Shown: positions 48,999-58,747 of the stretch, piece after piece | Layout of the letters: each line of letters opens with the position of its first letter | How positions within the stretch are numbered: position 1 is the stretch's first letter | Virus record (IMG/VR): IMGVR_UViG_3300028833_006000 | Length of the DNA stretch: 64,000 bases | Strand: one strand, 5' to 3' | From: an uncultured virus (IMG/VR IMGVR_UViG_3300028833_006000) | Taxonomy: Duplodnaviria > Heunggongvirae > Uroviricota > Caudoviricetes | Program-made: the position numbers and the translations under genes | The notes under the pieces: model-generated | What the model was told of the DNA's origin: nothing | What the model saw: the letters and a program-made list of their open reading frames with translations, nothing else | Databases searched by the model: none

Positions 48999-49132
48999 TT
49001 TTTAAGCCCGTATGAGCCTCAGAATCGGCTTTACACCCACAAACGTATATCCGTAGCCTTACACTGATTGAAGGGCAAATACGGGCAATCTGAGCCGTTC
49101 TGACAGGTTTCAAAGAACAGACAGAATACAAT

Positions 49133-49480
49133 ATGAACAATGAACAGAAAAATTTATCACTGTGTGCCCATGCGTTGACAACAAATGCTGCCAAAAATAA
49201 AACAAAATTATCATTTCATGGTACATTGGCGACTGTTTCAACGCAATACGGCGCATACAGATGCGACTATACAGCAACTCGCAACCCCGATGAATCCTTT
49301 TATCAGATGTATGAAACGAGCATATTTTGCTCAAACGACGGACACGTTCTGAAAAGGGTTCATGAGACAAAGTCTGTTGAGATTAGCGATGATGCCATCC
49401 TGGCAGGCTTAAAAGATATGATAGGTATTTTTCATGATGACATCCAGAGTGACTGGCTGAAAACAGGCTCGAAGATATGA
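49133..49480 (+). CDS. hypothetical protein
   Basis: 115-aa ORF, weak RBS. Confidence 0.55.
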   Translation: MNNEQKNLSLCAHALTTNAAKNKTKLSFHGTLATVSTQYGAYRCDYTATRNPDESFYQMYETSIFCSNDGHVLKRVHETKSVEISDDAILAGLKDMIGIFHDDIQSDWLKTGSKI

Positions 49481-49541
49481 ACCCATATTATTGAGAAATA
49501 CCAAAATCATATATGCCACAACGATGAATGGGAGAGCAATA

Positions 49542-50582
49542 ATGAATAAGACAAGTACAAAAGCGAAGAGAGTAGACATCTTCGATGATCAAACCATTGA
49601 TACAGATGATCTACCCTGTGAACCTGACGATGACGCATTGATGCTGCTCGAAGTCGAAATTGAAGAAGAAAATGATGATGATATGAGCGACATTGAAGGC
49701 TCATCGTCGAATGATCCGGGTACGATTGACCTGATACGCCAGTACTTTGCCGAAATGGGAAATTATCCATTGCTGTCACCGGAAGAAGAAATCAAACTGA
49801 CACATCGATATCACCAAGGTGATACATCAGCCTTTGACAAATTAGTGCAGTCAAACTTGCGCCTGGTTGTCAATATTGCCAAGAAATATACCAATCACGG
49901 TCTTGATTTTGCCGACCTCATTCAGGAGGGCAATATCGGACTGATGAAAGGTATAGATAAGTTTGATCCTGCCAAGGGCTTCAAACTTTCGACCTATGCT
50001 ACATGGTGGATCCGGCAAAACATCACGCGTGCAATTGCTGACCAGGGCAGGACCATACGTGTGCCTGTACATATGTCAGAAAACGTGTACAGAGTATCAA
50101 ACGCAAAGAAACACCTCGTTCAGGAAATTGGCCGGGAGCCTACCGTTGAAGAGATTATTGCATATCTGAATACAGTAACACCTCCGAAGAATGACGGTAA
50201 GCCTTTTTGGACAAAGGATAAGATCGATGAGATTACCCAATTATCCGAAACACCGGTGTCACTCAGTACACCAATCGGCGAAGATGGTGATACTCAGTTG
50301 GAAGATTTTATCTCCAATGACGATTTTACCCCGGAAAGTGAAACTGACAACATAGCATTGCATGACGCATTATTTCATCTGATCGACAAACTGAGCAATC
50401 GTGAAAAAGATATCTTAATGAAACGATTTGGCTTCATTGGCGGTCGGGTCTACACCTTGGAAGAAATCGGCGCGGAATATAACATCACTCGTGAACGAAT
50501 ACGGCAGATCGAATCCAAAGCTTTGAAATTCCTGAGAAGTCCTAAAAACAAAGAATATCTGAAAGATTTTGCTTCCAAATAG
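49542..50582 (+). CDS. RpoD/SigA-like sigma70 factor
   Basis: YPLLSPEEE, NLRLVVNIAKKY, DLIQEGNIGLMK..DKFD..KGFK.STYATWWIRQ.ITRAIADQ.RTIRVPVHM, TLEEIG..Y.ITRERIRQIE.KAL. Confidence 0.95.
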   Translation: MNKTSTKAKRVDIFDDQTIDTDDLPCEPDDDALMLLEVEIEEENDDDMSDIEGSSSNDPGTIDLIRQYFAEMGNYPLLSPEEEIKLTHRYHQGDTSAFDKLVQSNLRLVVNIAKKYTNHGLDFADLIQEGNIGLMKGIDKFDPAKGFKLSTYATWWIRQNITRAIADQGRTIRVPVHMSENVYRVSNAKKHLVQEIGREPTVEEIIAYLNTVTPPKNDGKPFWTKDKIDEITQLSETPVSLSTPIGEDGDTQLEDFISNDDFTPESETDNIALHDALFHLIDKLSNREKDILMKRFGFIGGRVYTLEEIGAEYNITRERIRQIESKALKFLRSPKNKEYLKDFASK

Positions 50583-50714
50583 CGCCGGAAGAGAGTGGAA
50601 ACAGCGATTTCCATCTATTCGTTTAATCCGCGTTAAACGCAGAGATATTGACAAATGTCGAGAAAAATGCTTAAATTATCTTGATATATCAATAAATCTA
50701 CGGAGGTGTTTCTT

Positions 50715-51734
50715 ATGAGCAGTCATGCTGAAACAACAAATCATTACAAAGATAAAACAAGATACCTGCTGCAAGATATGCCAACTTATGTTAAGGATTT
50801 CATCAGAGAAATTCACAATGATACTGCGGAACGCACGCAGTATGAATATGTCTTGGACATACGACATTTGCTGGAGTATCTTGCGGTTGGTAACGAATTG
50901 ACGTCCATCACGCCGCAGAACCTCGATAATCTGACCAAGGCTGATTTCGAAGAATATTTCGAAAAACTGGAACATTACAGTCAAAACGGCAAAGACGCAT
51001 ACAACGGCCGAACATCCATAAAACGGAAAATGTCGGCTGTACGTAACTTCTTTGACTATATGTACCAGGAAGGTCAGATTTCCAACAACGAAATCCGCAA
51101 AATTCCAATGCCGAAAATTGCGGACAAACCCGTTGTATTTCTGAATCAGGATGAAGTCAAACGACTGATCAAACTGGTCAAAACCGGTGACGGAATGTCC
51201 CGGAAACAGCAGGATTACAATAAGATCCAGTCCACCAGAGATCTTGCACTCATCTTCACTCTCCTATCAACCGGCATTCGTGTATCAGAATGTGCCGAAA
51301 TTGATCTTGATGATGTGAACATGAGTGATTCGAGCATACGAATCGTTCGTAAAGGCGGTGATGCATCCCTCGTCTATTTCTCCGATGAGGCTTCATCGTA
51401 CCTTGCTGACTGGCTTGACTACAGAAAAAACATCAAGGGTATTGATGATGAACCTGCCCTCTTCATCTCGTCTCAAAAGCGCAGAATCAGCGTGCGGGCT
51501 ATTCAGAATCTTGTAAAGAAATATGCTGTGAGAGTGATTCCTCAAAAAAACATCACACCTCACAAACTCAGAGCCACGTATGCCACCCAGTTATATGAAG
51601 CGACCGGTGACATCTATCTCGTGGCTGAAAATCTCGGACATAAAGATATTCAGACCACAAAAAAGCATTATGCAAATATCTCCAATGCCCATAAAGAAAA
51701 AAGCCGGAACATCATTTCATATGATTCCGATTGA
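50715..51734 (+). CDS. Tyrosine recombinase (XerC/D-like)
   Basis: RD..I..LLSTGIRVSE, RKGG, TPHKLRATYAT, LGHKDIQTT..HY. Confidence 0.93.
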   Translation: MSSHAETTNHYKDKTRYLLQDMPTYVKDFIREIHNDTAERTQYEYVLDIRHLLEYLAVGNELTSITPQNLDNLTKADFEEYFEKLEHYSQNGKDAYNGRTSIKRKMSAVRNFFDYMYQEGQISNNEIRKIPMPKIADKPVVFLNQDEVKRLIKLVKTGDGMSRKQQDYNKIQSTRDLALIFTLLSTGIRVSECAEIDLDDVNMSDSSIRIVRKGGDASLVYFSDEASSYLADWLDYRKNIKGIDDEPALFISSQKRRISVRAIQNLVKKYAVRVIPQKNITPHKLRATYATQLYEATGDIYLVAENLGHKDIQTTKKHYANISNAHKEKSRNIISYDSD

Positions 51735-51755
51735 TCAAAGAAAGGAAAAATAATT

Positions 51756-52142
51756 ATGAGTCAACTGACCGTAGAACACAAAACAATCATCAAAAGCATA
51801 TCTTCGCCTGAGGACATCCTCGATGTTCTTGTCGGACTTGGTGAAATAGACGCTGATTTCAGCGGTGACAACGGTGATGAATATCTTTGGGACGCTGCCA
51901 AGAAAAAGAAGTTTGATACCAATGCGAAGTACCTGGCAAACAAGGTAGTCTTCGGTGCTTCAGCGAATACCAAAAAGTATGGCATCAAGGCTTACACCGA
52001 CAAATTTGCTAAGGAATGGCTCGCTAACGATCACTACTATGACAGCCTCGTCATCGATGTAGTCAAGCTTGACGGCTATGCCGAAGATACGAATATGACC
52101 GGCATATATGCATTCAGCATTATTGCCACGGCATACGTATAA
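51756..52142 (+). CDS. hypothetical protein
   Basis: AGAAAGGA RBS. Confidence 0.7.
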   Translation: MSQLTVEHKTIIKSISSPEDILDVLVGLGEIDADFSGDNGDEYLWDAAKKKKFDTNAKYLANKVVFGASANTKKYGIKAYTDKFAKEWLANDHYYDSLVIDVVKLDGYAEDTNMTGIYAFSIIATAYV

Positions 52143-52167
52143 AATCGTTCAGAAAGGAATACGGAAA

Positions 52168-52923
52168 ATGGCACGATATATCAACGATGACGCACCCGTG
52201 TCACCAAATTTGCGTACTGCAAAAAAGATTTCCATCGCAGATTTGGAGCAGATTATGATCAATGATTATAATGCAGCGCCGGCAGGGCCTAATCAAAATG
52301 CTGTATTCGATCCAAATATATATGCGTCTCAAGGTGACAAGGATTCTGACCTCATGGCAGTCATCGCTTACAATAATCCTCAGGTCAAAACTGACATGAG
52401 TAATATCGATTTTGATCTTGAAAACCTCAGTGCAGAGTCCCCTAACCTATACGCATACATCGGTGATCAGGGCACAGACTTGTGTGGTTTTCATACGTTG
52501 TCCAACGGCCTCACATTCTGTGGAGCTGTCGCCGGCGGAGATTGGGAATATCCTCTCTTTTTCATCATATATCATGACGGAGCAAATCTGAGAGCATACA
52601 TTCCCATCAAGGGCAATATGGTGAACTGCGATACCCTGTCTGCTTTTGGATCGGAGGTAAATTTGCATAATCCAAATGCACCTTATAATCTCCCACAGCT
52701 ATATGATCTGTACAAGCAGCACGGTTTCCTGACACCTGCGAATGCGACGCTTGATGAATTTATCGACGACGCTGACATAATTGGAAACAGCTACCTTGCG
52801 CAGTATGATCATCTTGCAATAGTTGCTGCAAACTCAAATCCCGGCGCATCCGGACAGTCCTATGCAGGGTTCAACTGGGATGCAATCGCCGATGAACTGA
52901 TGCAGACCATTCAGGTAATGTAA
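52168..52923 (+). CDS. hypothetical protein
   Basis: AGAAAGGA RBS; GGDWEYPLFFIIY.DG..LRAYIP..GN. Confidence 0.75.
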   Translation: MARYINDDAPVSPNLRTAKKISIADLEQIMINDYNAAPAGPNQNAVFDPNIYASQGDKDSDLMAVIAYNNPQVKTDMSNIDFDLENLSAESPNLYAYIGDQGTDLCGFHTLSNGLTFCGAVAGGDWEYPLFFIIYHDGANLRAYIPIKGNMVNCDTLSAFGSEVNLHNPNAPYNLPQLYDLYKQHGFLTPANATLDEFIDDADIIGNSYLAQYDHLAIVAANSNPGASGQSYAGFNWDAIADELMQTIQVM

Positions 52924-53126
52924 ACCATAGCAAACACACGAAAGGAATATGAAAATGATCATCTTCTATCTCATTTGGATGCTTCTCAGAATGCTTCCAT
53001 GGTAATCCCTAAATGAATATGGACCAAAATTCCTGATAAATTCAGCATTCTCTGATTGAAATCTCTTTTGATTTATGGTAAAATAACTCATATATGAGGA
53101 GAATATCAATCAAGAGGTGTCAGCGT

Positions 53127-53519
53127 ATGTATGTTGAGATAAGAAAAATATCAGCGAAAAATGAACAATTGATGGACATGCTGAAGTACAATGTCATGAA
53201 AATGGTGAGTCTGCTCAACGCACACGGCATCACTCTCACTGACGATTGCGTAAAGATCTGGATCAAACAATTTTCAGATGATGTATTCTATCCGAAAATT
53301 GAATTTGACACGGACAGACAGGAAGTTCAATATGACATGACCGCTGATGGAGAAATCAGGGAAATTCACTACAAGTGTTTCACAGGATCCCGTGGTAATT
53401 CCAGACGAATCGATATTGCCCGCAATGAGTTGAAACCAAAACTCGTCATCATAGACAATATCATCCGCAAAGGATATGGATTTGTCGATTACTACACGCC
53501 GCAGATAAAGGAGGAATGA
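53127..53519 (+). CDS. hypothetical protein
   Basis: GAGGTG RBS. Confidence 0.65.
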   Translation: MYVEIRKISAKNEQLMDMLKYNVMKMVSLLNAHGITLTDDCVKIWIKQFSDDVFYPKIEFDTDRQEVQYDMTADGEIREIHYKCFTGSRGNSRRIDIARNELKPKLVIIDNIIRKGYGFVDYYTPQIKEE

Positions 53520-53636
53520 ATAATGAAGCGCAAAGATATTTATCACTAAAAGCATAAACGTAGTCTACAGAGAGCCACTTCAATCTTTATTGGAGTGGTT
53601 TTTTGTATGCTCACAAATCAAAAGAAAGGTCATCTT

Positions 53637-54017
53637 ATGGACAACGATTCATTTTGGATCACGTATGCCATCGGATTCATATCCGGCATAGTCATTACCA
53701 TAATCATCGGAAACATCATACCCAGAATACGTTCTCGGATTCTGGCTGCTCAGAAAGAAAAAATAAAGCGGCGGAACATTGAAAATGACATAGCCCTCTG
53801 CTCTTCCAAGGCCGTTGTACGAGCTGACTACAGCGGAGCGGTCTATAAACTATGTGTTCCCGAAGCAGCTCTCGTCAAAGAAGGCGATGTTGTCCTTGTT
53901 TTTGAGACAATGAAACTGGAAATAGAAGTCAAGGCACCTGTTACCGGATTCATCACATTCTATCGTGAAGTTGGCGAAGTGTGTGACGCAAATGATCCGC
54001 TCTTTGCCATAATTTGA
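53637..54017 (+). CDS. Membrane-anchored biotinyl/lipoyl-attachment domain protein
   Basis: N-terminal TM; VKEGDVVLVFETMKLEIEVKAPVTG. Confidence 0.75.
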   Translation: MDNDSFWITYAIGFISGIVITIIIGNIIPRIRSRILAAQKEKIKRRNIENDIALCSSKAVVRADYSGAVYKLCVPEAALVKEGDVVLVFETMKLEIEVKAPVTGFITFYREVGEVCDANDPLFAII

Positions 54018-54048
54018 TCACGAACAAATCTGATGAAAGGAGATCACA

Positions 54049-54420
54049 TTGAGAAGAAAACGCAAGACGAAAATTGAAAAGAAACCTGTCTTCGCTCCAT
54101 TTGATAATGCAGCGGAGAAACACATGATTCCTTTTGATGAGGAATTTCACTGCGTGCAGGACGCAGATGAAGAAGATATCGACAACATGGATCTTGACGA
54201 CCTCGAAGTCCTTCAGGATTCCCTTGTGGATGATATCGCAGACTATGACACCATCATCGATATGCAGCTTGATAAAACCAAGACTTGTATCGGCTTCGAC
54301 CAGGAATCGTTGAAGATGGACCGTCAGAGACGACAGAAATGCGTCGTAGAACTTCGTAGAGTTCGCGACAGGATTAAGATGCTTAAATACGGAAATAAGG
54401 AGGCAGCAATCGCCGTATAG
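54049..54420 (+). CDS. hypothetical coiled-coil protein
   Basis: TTG start after AAAGGAG. Confidence 0.65.
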   Translation: MRRKRKTKIEKKPVFAPFDNAAEKHMIPFDEEFHCVQDADEEDIDNMDLDDLEVLQDSLVDDIADYDTIIDMQLDKTKTCIGFDQESLKMDRQRRQKCVVELRRVRDRIKMLKYGNKEAAIAV

Positions 54421-54521
54421 GAAAGATTGCATAAGGTGAGGAATAATAAGCATTAAGAACGTAAGAACTTGTTGAGTAGCCTGGCGTTCGCGCTTCTATA
54501 TATGCGATTGAATGATGCCTC

Positions 54522-55376
54522 ATGTCCGGCACATTCAATATTGCTACCACAAATCCGCATCTTAATCCAAATCATACAAACCATGTCATATCATGGTCCG
54601 GCGGTAAAGATTCAACCGCCACTGTCATCCTGTTCCATGAGCATGAAAATGAACTGTTAAAACAGGGTGACACAGTTACCATATTATTTGCCGAAGTCAT
54701 GTTTGACCTGAAAAGAAACATCTCAGGTCACAATCCCCAGATCATCAAGTTCATATATGAAAAAAAACAGATTTTTGAATCATGGGGTTACACCGTTCAG
54801 ATACTCCGCGCAGACACAGATTATCTGGATAATTTCTGGCATAAATTAAGCCGTTCGCCAAAACCAGAACGTGTCGGCAAGACATGGGGCTTCGTGCCGG
54901 GCGGCATATGTGCAATCAAACGTGACTGCAAATTGAAACCTATCAACCAATGGAATGAACAGCACGCAAGGGATAATCGCATACAATATATAGGTATTGC
55001 CATCGATGAACCCTCTCGTTTAGAAGCTGTTCATAAACAGCCTGATCAAATATCCCTTCTGGAAAAATATGGTTATACAGAAAATGATGCCATGAACCTA
55101 TGCAGGAAATATAACATGGTATCACCCCAATATTCTATGGAAGGCTTGAAGCGAGATGGCTGCTGGTTCTGTCCAAATGCAAAACTGTGTGAACACAAAG
55201 CGATATACAAAGAAATGCCAGCTGTCTGGCAGGAATATGTAGCTTTGGAACAAACGCCTAATCTGGCGTATCCTAAATGGAATCCATACACCACGCAGAC
55301 ACTGAAGGACCGTGATGAACTCATCCGAAAAGAAGTTCTGGCAGAACAACAAAATGCTATGGATAAACCATCGTAA
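54522..55376 (+). CDS. PAPS-reductase-family (PP-loop) protein
   Basis: SWSGGKDSTA, C..KRDCK, YIGIAIDE..R, RDGCWFCPN. Confidence 0.82.
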   Translation: MSGTFNIATTNPHLNPNHTNHVISWSGGKDSTATVILFHEHENELLKQGDTVTILFAEVMFDLKRNISGHNPQIIKFIYEKKQIFESWGYTVQILRADTDYLDNFWHKLSRSPKPERVGKTWGFVPGGICAIKRDCKLKPINQWNEQHARDNRIQYIGIAIDEPSRLEAVHKQPDQISLLEKYGYTENDAMNLCRKYNMVSPQYSMEGLKRDGCWFCPNAKLCEHKAIYKEMPAVWQEYVALEQTPNLAYPKWNPYTTQTLKDRDELIRKEVLAEQQNAMDKPS

Positions 55377-55440
55377 CTGAAAGGAGCAATAAAAACATGC
55401 GACCTTTATCTATCAAACAAACAGGAAAGGAATAACACGA

Positions 55441-55670
55441 ATCCTGGTAGACCAGGTTGAGCCCCGGAGATAACGATGGGGGTTTATAAAATTATTCACT
55501 GTTCAGACTCTAACTGTTTTCCGGTGCAGGTGAAAAGACTGAGAACACTGGGCTACAGCTGAATGCTCAATAGTGCATCGTGGCCATAAGGACGGAAATC
55601 CGGAAACGGCTCCGTTCGTATAAGGGCAATCTCAAAAATATCCGCTCCGCAAGGACTTGTGTAGCGGTGT
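55441..55670 (+). ncRNA. candidate structured RNA with GNRA-capped hairpins
   Basis: CCTGG-taga-CCAGG; GACGGA..CCG-GAAA-CGG.TCCGTT; CCGCT-CC-GCAA-GG..AGCGG. Confidence 0.45.
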
Positions 55671-55673
55671 GTT

Positions 55674-56423
55674 ATGACAAACAGAAAAATCATATGGTAT
55701 AGCTGTGGAGTATCATCAACAATTGCAGGGCTTCTCGCAGACAGAAATGGTGCTGCAGAATGGATCAGAATCTTCCTTCCCAACGAAGACACAGACTCTG
55801 AACGCTATTTAGATGACTGTATAAAAAGATTCAACATCAATGTACAGACTATCACAGCCAACAAAAACGTTGACGAAGTTATCTTGAAGAGGAAATTCAT
55901 CAACTCTCCTTTTGGTGCTCCCTGCACTTCTGTGCTTAAGAAAGAAGTCAGATTCGCCTGGGAGAAAGAAAACATCAAAGATGATGATCACATCACATAC
56001 GTCTGGGGTTTCGATGTCAACGAAGCTCACAGAGCGAAAAGGATGATTGAGAGTTATCCACAGTTTGACCATGAGTTTCCTCTCATTGATAACGGACTCA
56101 CAAAAGCCGATTGCCACGGCATCATCAAAGCACTTGGCGTAAAAAGACCAAGAATGTATGATATGGGCTTTCCTAACAATAACTGCATTATGTGCGTTAA
56201 AGGCGGAATGGGATCTTTCAACCTGTTCAGACAGTACTTCCCCGAACAGTTTGACAAAAGAGCGCAGACTGAACGCCAGATAGGACATTCATGCCTCAAA
56301 AAGTGCTTTCTTGATGAACTCCCGGAAGACGCCGGAAGAAAACCGAAAACAATACCGCAGGATCTTACCGTGACAGGCGAAGCGGCTTTGCAAATCATAA
56401 ACAGCAATCTGGAACAAAAATAG
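55674..56423 (+). CDS. PAPS-reductase-like / adenine nucleotide alpha hydrolase family protein
   Basis: WYSCGVSS, GAPCT..LKK, WGFD..E.HR, FPLID, MYDMGF.NNNCIMCVKGG. Confidence 0.72.
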   Translation: MTNRKIIWYSCGVSSTIAGLLADRNGAAEWIRIFLPNEDTDSERYLDDCIKRFNINVQTITANKNVDEVILKRKFINSPFGAPCTSVLKKEVRFAWEKENIKDDDHITYVWGFDVNEAHRAKRMIESYPQFDHEFPLIDNGLTKADCHGIIKALGVKRPRMYDMGFPNNNCIMCVKGGMGSFNLFRQYFPEQFDKRAQTERQIGHSCLKKCFLDELPEDAGRKPKTIPQDLTVTGEAALQIINSNLEQK

Positions 56424-56436
56424 AAAGGAATAGACT

Positions 56437-57018
56437 ATGGGAACATTTATCTCAATGAACGCATCGCTTACGCTGCCTGATATTGAACCTGTGAGAAAAA
56501 TTCTCTGTGACACGGTACTCTCTTACTGGTGCGGTGAAAAAGCACAGGTCATGCAGGCAGTCGGTGCAACAACTGATGCTGAACTCATCAAGAAAGCCAG
56601 CATTGAAAAGATACTGGAAAAGGATTTCGAGATCGAGAACATCACTGAAGACGATGATACCAACACATACGAAATCAGCTTCAACAGTGATTGTGGATAT
56701 GGCTGGTCTGATGAGCTTCGAAGAATGTTCACCTCGCTCGCCGAGCATTTGTCAGACGGTTCAAACATGACTATGGAATCCGATGACGACGGTGGCTGGT
56801 ATGAGTCATATGAAATAAAGGACGGCAAACTCATCTCAGGAGAAAGTCATGACTTCTTTACAGATGACGGTGGCTGCCCTTCTGATGATGAAATTGCTGA
56901 CGCTATCATCAAAGCCGCCGGCATCCTTGTGGCTAATCCTTCAGCCAGAACAGGACTCGCTGAAGCGTTCAGCAACGTATCATCTGTTCAGGACATCGTT
57001 GACACTTTGCCATCATAA
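56437..57018 (+). CDS. acidic hypothetical protein
   Basis: AGAAAGGA RBS. Confidence 0.7.
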   Translation: MGTFISMNASLTLPDIEPVRKILCDTVLSYWCGEKAQVMQAVGATTDAELIKKASIEKILEKDFEIENITEDDDTNTYEISFNSDCGYGWSDELRRMFTSLAEHLSDGSNMTMESDDDGGWYESYEIKDGKLISGESHDFFTDDGGCPSDDEIADAIIKAAGILVANPSARTGLAEAFSNVSSVQDIVDTLPS

Positions 57019-57085
57019 ATGTAAAAGCGGCGCTGGAAACACACTGGCGCCGCTGAACATAAAAAAAACAAAAGGAGAAAACGAA

Positions 57086-57598
57086 ATGAAAAGTAACTGT
57101 AACAAATGTTCACACAAGGAGCTGTGCAAATACAGGGACAACATCAACTCTGAAGAAATGCTGGCGAAAATACAGACAGACTACCCTTTCGTAGCAGATC
57201 TTGATTTCTCATGCAAATTCTTTGAGAAGAAAGAAAAGCCTGCTGTGAGCACCGAACCATCAAAGCCTGCCAAAACAGTAAAGGCAGCAAAGACTGAAAA
57301 AGCTGAGAAGACACCTGCTCCTGCGAAATCTGAAAAGACTGACAGCAAGACCAACAAGGACACTGTCGATACAAAGAACATTGACGACCAGCCTGTTGAC
57401 GCAGGCGATGAACCAATGGAATTTGAAGATATCAGGATCATCGACTTTGGATTAAGCGATGACACTACATCAGAACTCCTGCGTATCGGCGGCAAAGAGA
57501 TGAAAATCAAAGATCTGAAAGATCACGCAAATCGCATGTCGCCTAAATGCAAGAGTGAGATTAACGCCAAGCTTGCAGCATTCCATAGAAGTCTGTAA
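57086..57598 (+). CDS. hypothetical protein with Cys-rich N-terminus and K/A/P linker
   Basis: AAAGGAG RBS; CNKCSHKELC. Confidence 0.7.
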   Translation: MKSNCNKCSHKELCKYRDNINSEEMLAKIQTDYPFVADLDFSCKFFEKKEKPAVSTEPSKPAKTVKAAKTEKAEKTPAPAKSEKTDSKTNKDTVDTKNIDDQPVDAGDEPMEFEDIRIIDFGLSDDTTSELLRIGGKEMKIKDLKDHANRMSPKCKSEINAKLAAFHRSL

Positions 57599-57628
57599 AC
57601 AGACAATATCATTTCAGGAGAAAAAAAT

Positions 57629-57997
57629 ATGGATAAAATGCCTTGTAAAAGACCTGAGCTTCGCATCATTGCTATGACAATGGACGAATACGATGCTGCA
57701 ATGCACCAGTTCCTCGGGAAAGATTATGACGAAGACATTGGTAGTTATTGGGATTATGCAATGGGCGAGTTTGATCAGGTTTACGAGAAGAACCTGGAAA
57801 TCGTCAATATGGATGATCTCGGAACACAGTATTTCGCAGTCATCACAGATGCCAAGACCGGTCAGTATGATCAGCGTCTATATGAACTTCCCGAATCATT
57901 TGATCCGGATAAGTTTCAATTCACGGAAGACTTACTGAATCATCCGTATTATGATACGGATGACGAAAATGCCGGTGATGAGCAGGACGACGCTTAA
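57629..57997 (+). CDS. acidic hypothetical protein
   Basis: AGGAG RBS. Confidence 0.7.
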   Translation: MDKMPCKRPELRIIAMTMDEYDAAMHQFLGKDYDEDIGSYWDYAMGEFDQVYEKNLEIVNMDDLGTQYFAVITDAKTGQYDQRLYELPESFDPDKFQFTEDLLNHPYYDTDDENAGDEQDDA

Positions 57998-58012
57998 ATA
58001 ATCAGTGCAAAC

Positions 58013-58064
58013 AAATACCCCCTTCAGATAGCCCATGGCAGCATATCTGTAAGGGGGTATTTTT
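58013..58064. terminator. Bidirectional terminator at the strand switch
   Basis: AAATACCCCCTT/AAGGGGGTATTT stem. Confidence 0.75.
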
Positions 58065-58113
58065 ATATGATAACGGCTTTGGCCGTGCCGGACACGTAGC
58101 ACGTGGCCGATTA

Positions 58114-58725
58114 TCAACCTCCTGGATATTCTATTGTATCACTTGATTCCGGTGTTGTCTGCAAATCATTAACTAATTCATCTGCCGTGCGATTTGTATC
58201 TCCGGATGGCTGTGATACTGCTTCACTTTCCGGTGCAGCGGTCTGCGTATCAGTAGTCGTAGTTTCAGTAGGTGTAGCCTCAGTAACTGTGGCTGTAGGA
58301 TCAACAACGCCATGCAGATACTCATTTCCACTTCGTTCATGCAGATTATTCTCGGCTGCCTGTTTATCATTATACCAGTGAACGCCCTGTGAAACGCCAT
58401 ATGCCATAGTTGCAAATATAGTAACACGCTTGCATATAGTCTTCCAAGGTGAATCCGTATCGACGTCATCATCGACGCCACGAATATGATTGATGATTCC
58501 CGGTGCCGTACTTACACCAAAAGCGCCTATGAGACCAGCAAGCCCAGGCTGTAAACTTTTTCCTGTACCTGCTTCTACGGCATTATTGATCATTGTGCCG
58601 ACGCCATATCCGATGCCAGCTTTCAGACCAAACTTTGCCATAGAACCAATACCTGATCCGATGCCGGAAAATGTCTCGCCGGCGTATTGTGTAATTTTCG
58701 CACCTATATTGCTAAATGCTCCCAT
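58114..58725 (-). CDS. Gly-rich membrane protein with T/E-rich tail
   Basis: AAAGGA RBS; glycine-zipper-like segments. Confidence 0.7.
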   Translation of the reverse strand: MGAFSNIGAKITQYAGETFSGIGSGIGSMAKFGLKAGIGYGVGTMINNAVEAGTGKSLQPGLAGLIGAFGVSTAPGIINHIRGVDDDVDTDSPWKTICKRVTIFATMAYGVSQGVHWYNDKQAAENNLHERSGNEYLHGVVDPTATVTEATPTETTTTDTQTAAPESEAVSQPSGDTNRTADELVNDLQTTPESSDTIEYPGG

Positions 58726-58747
58726 GTGCGATAATCCTTTCTATCAA

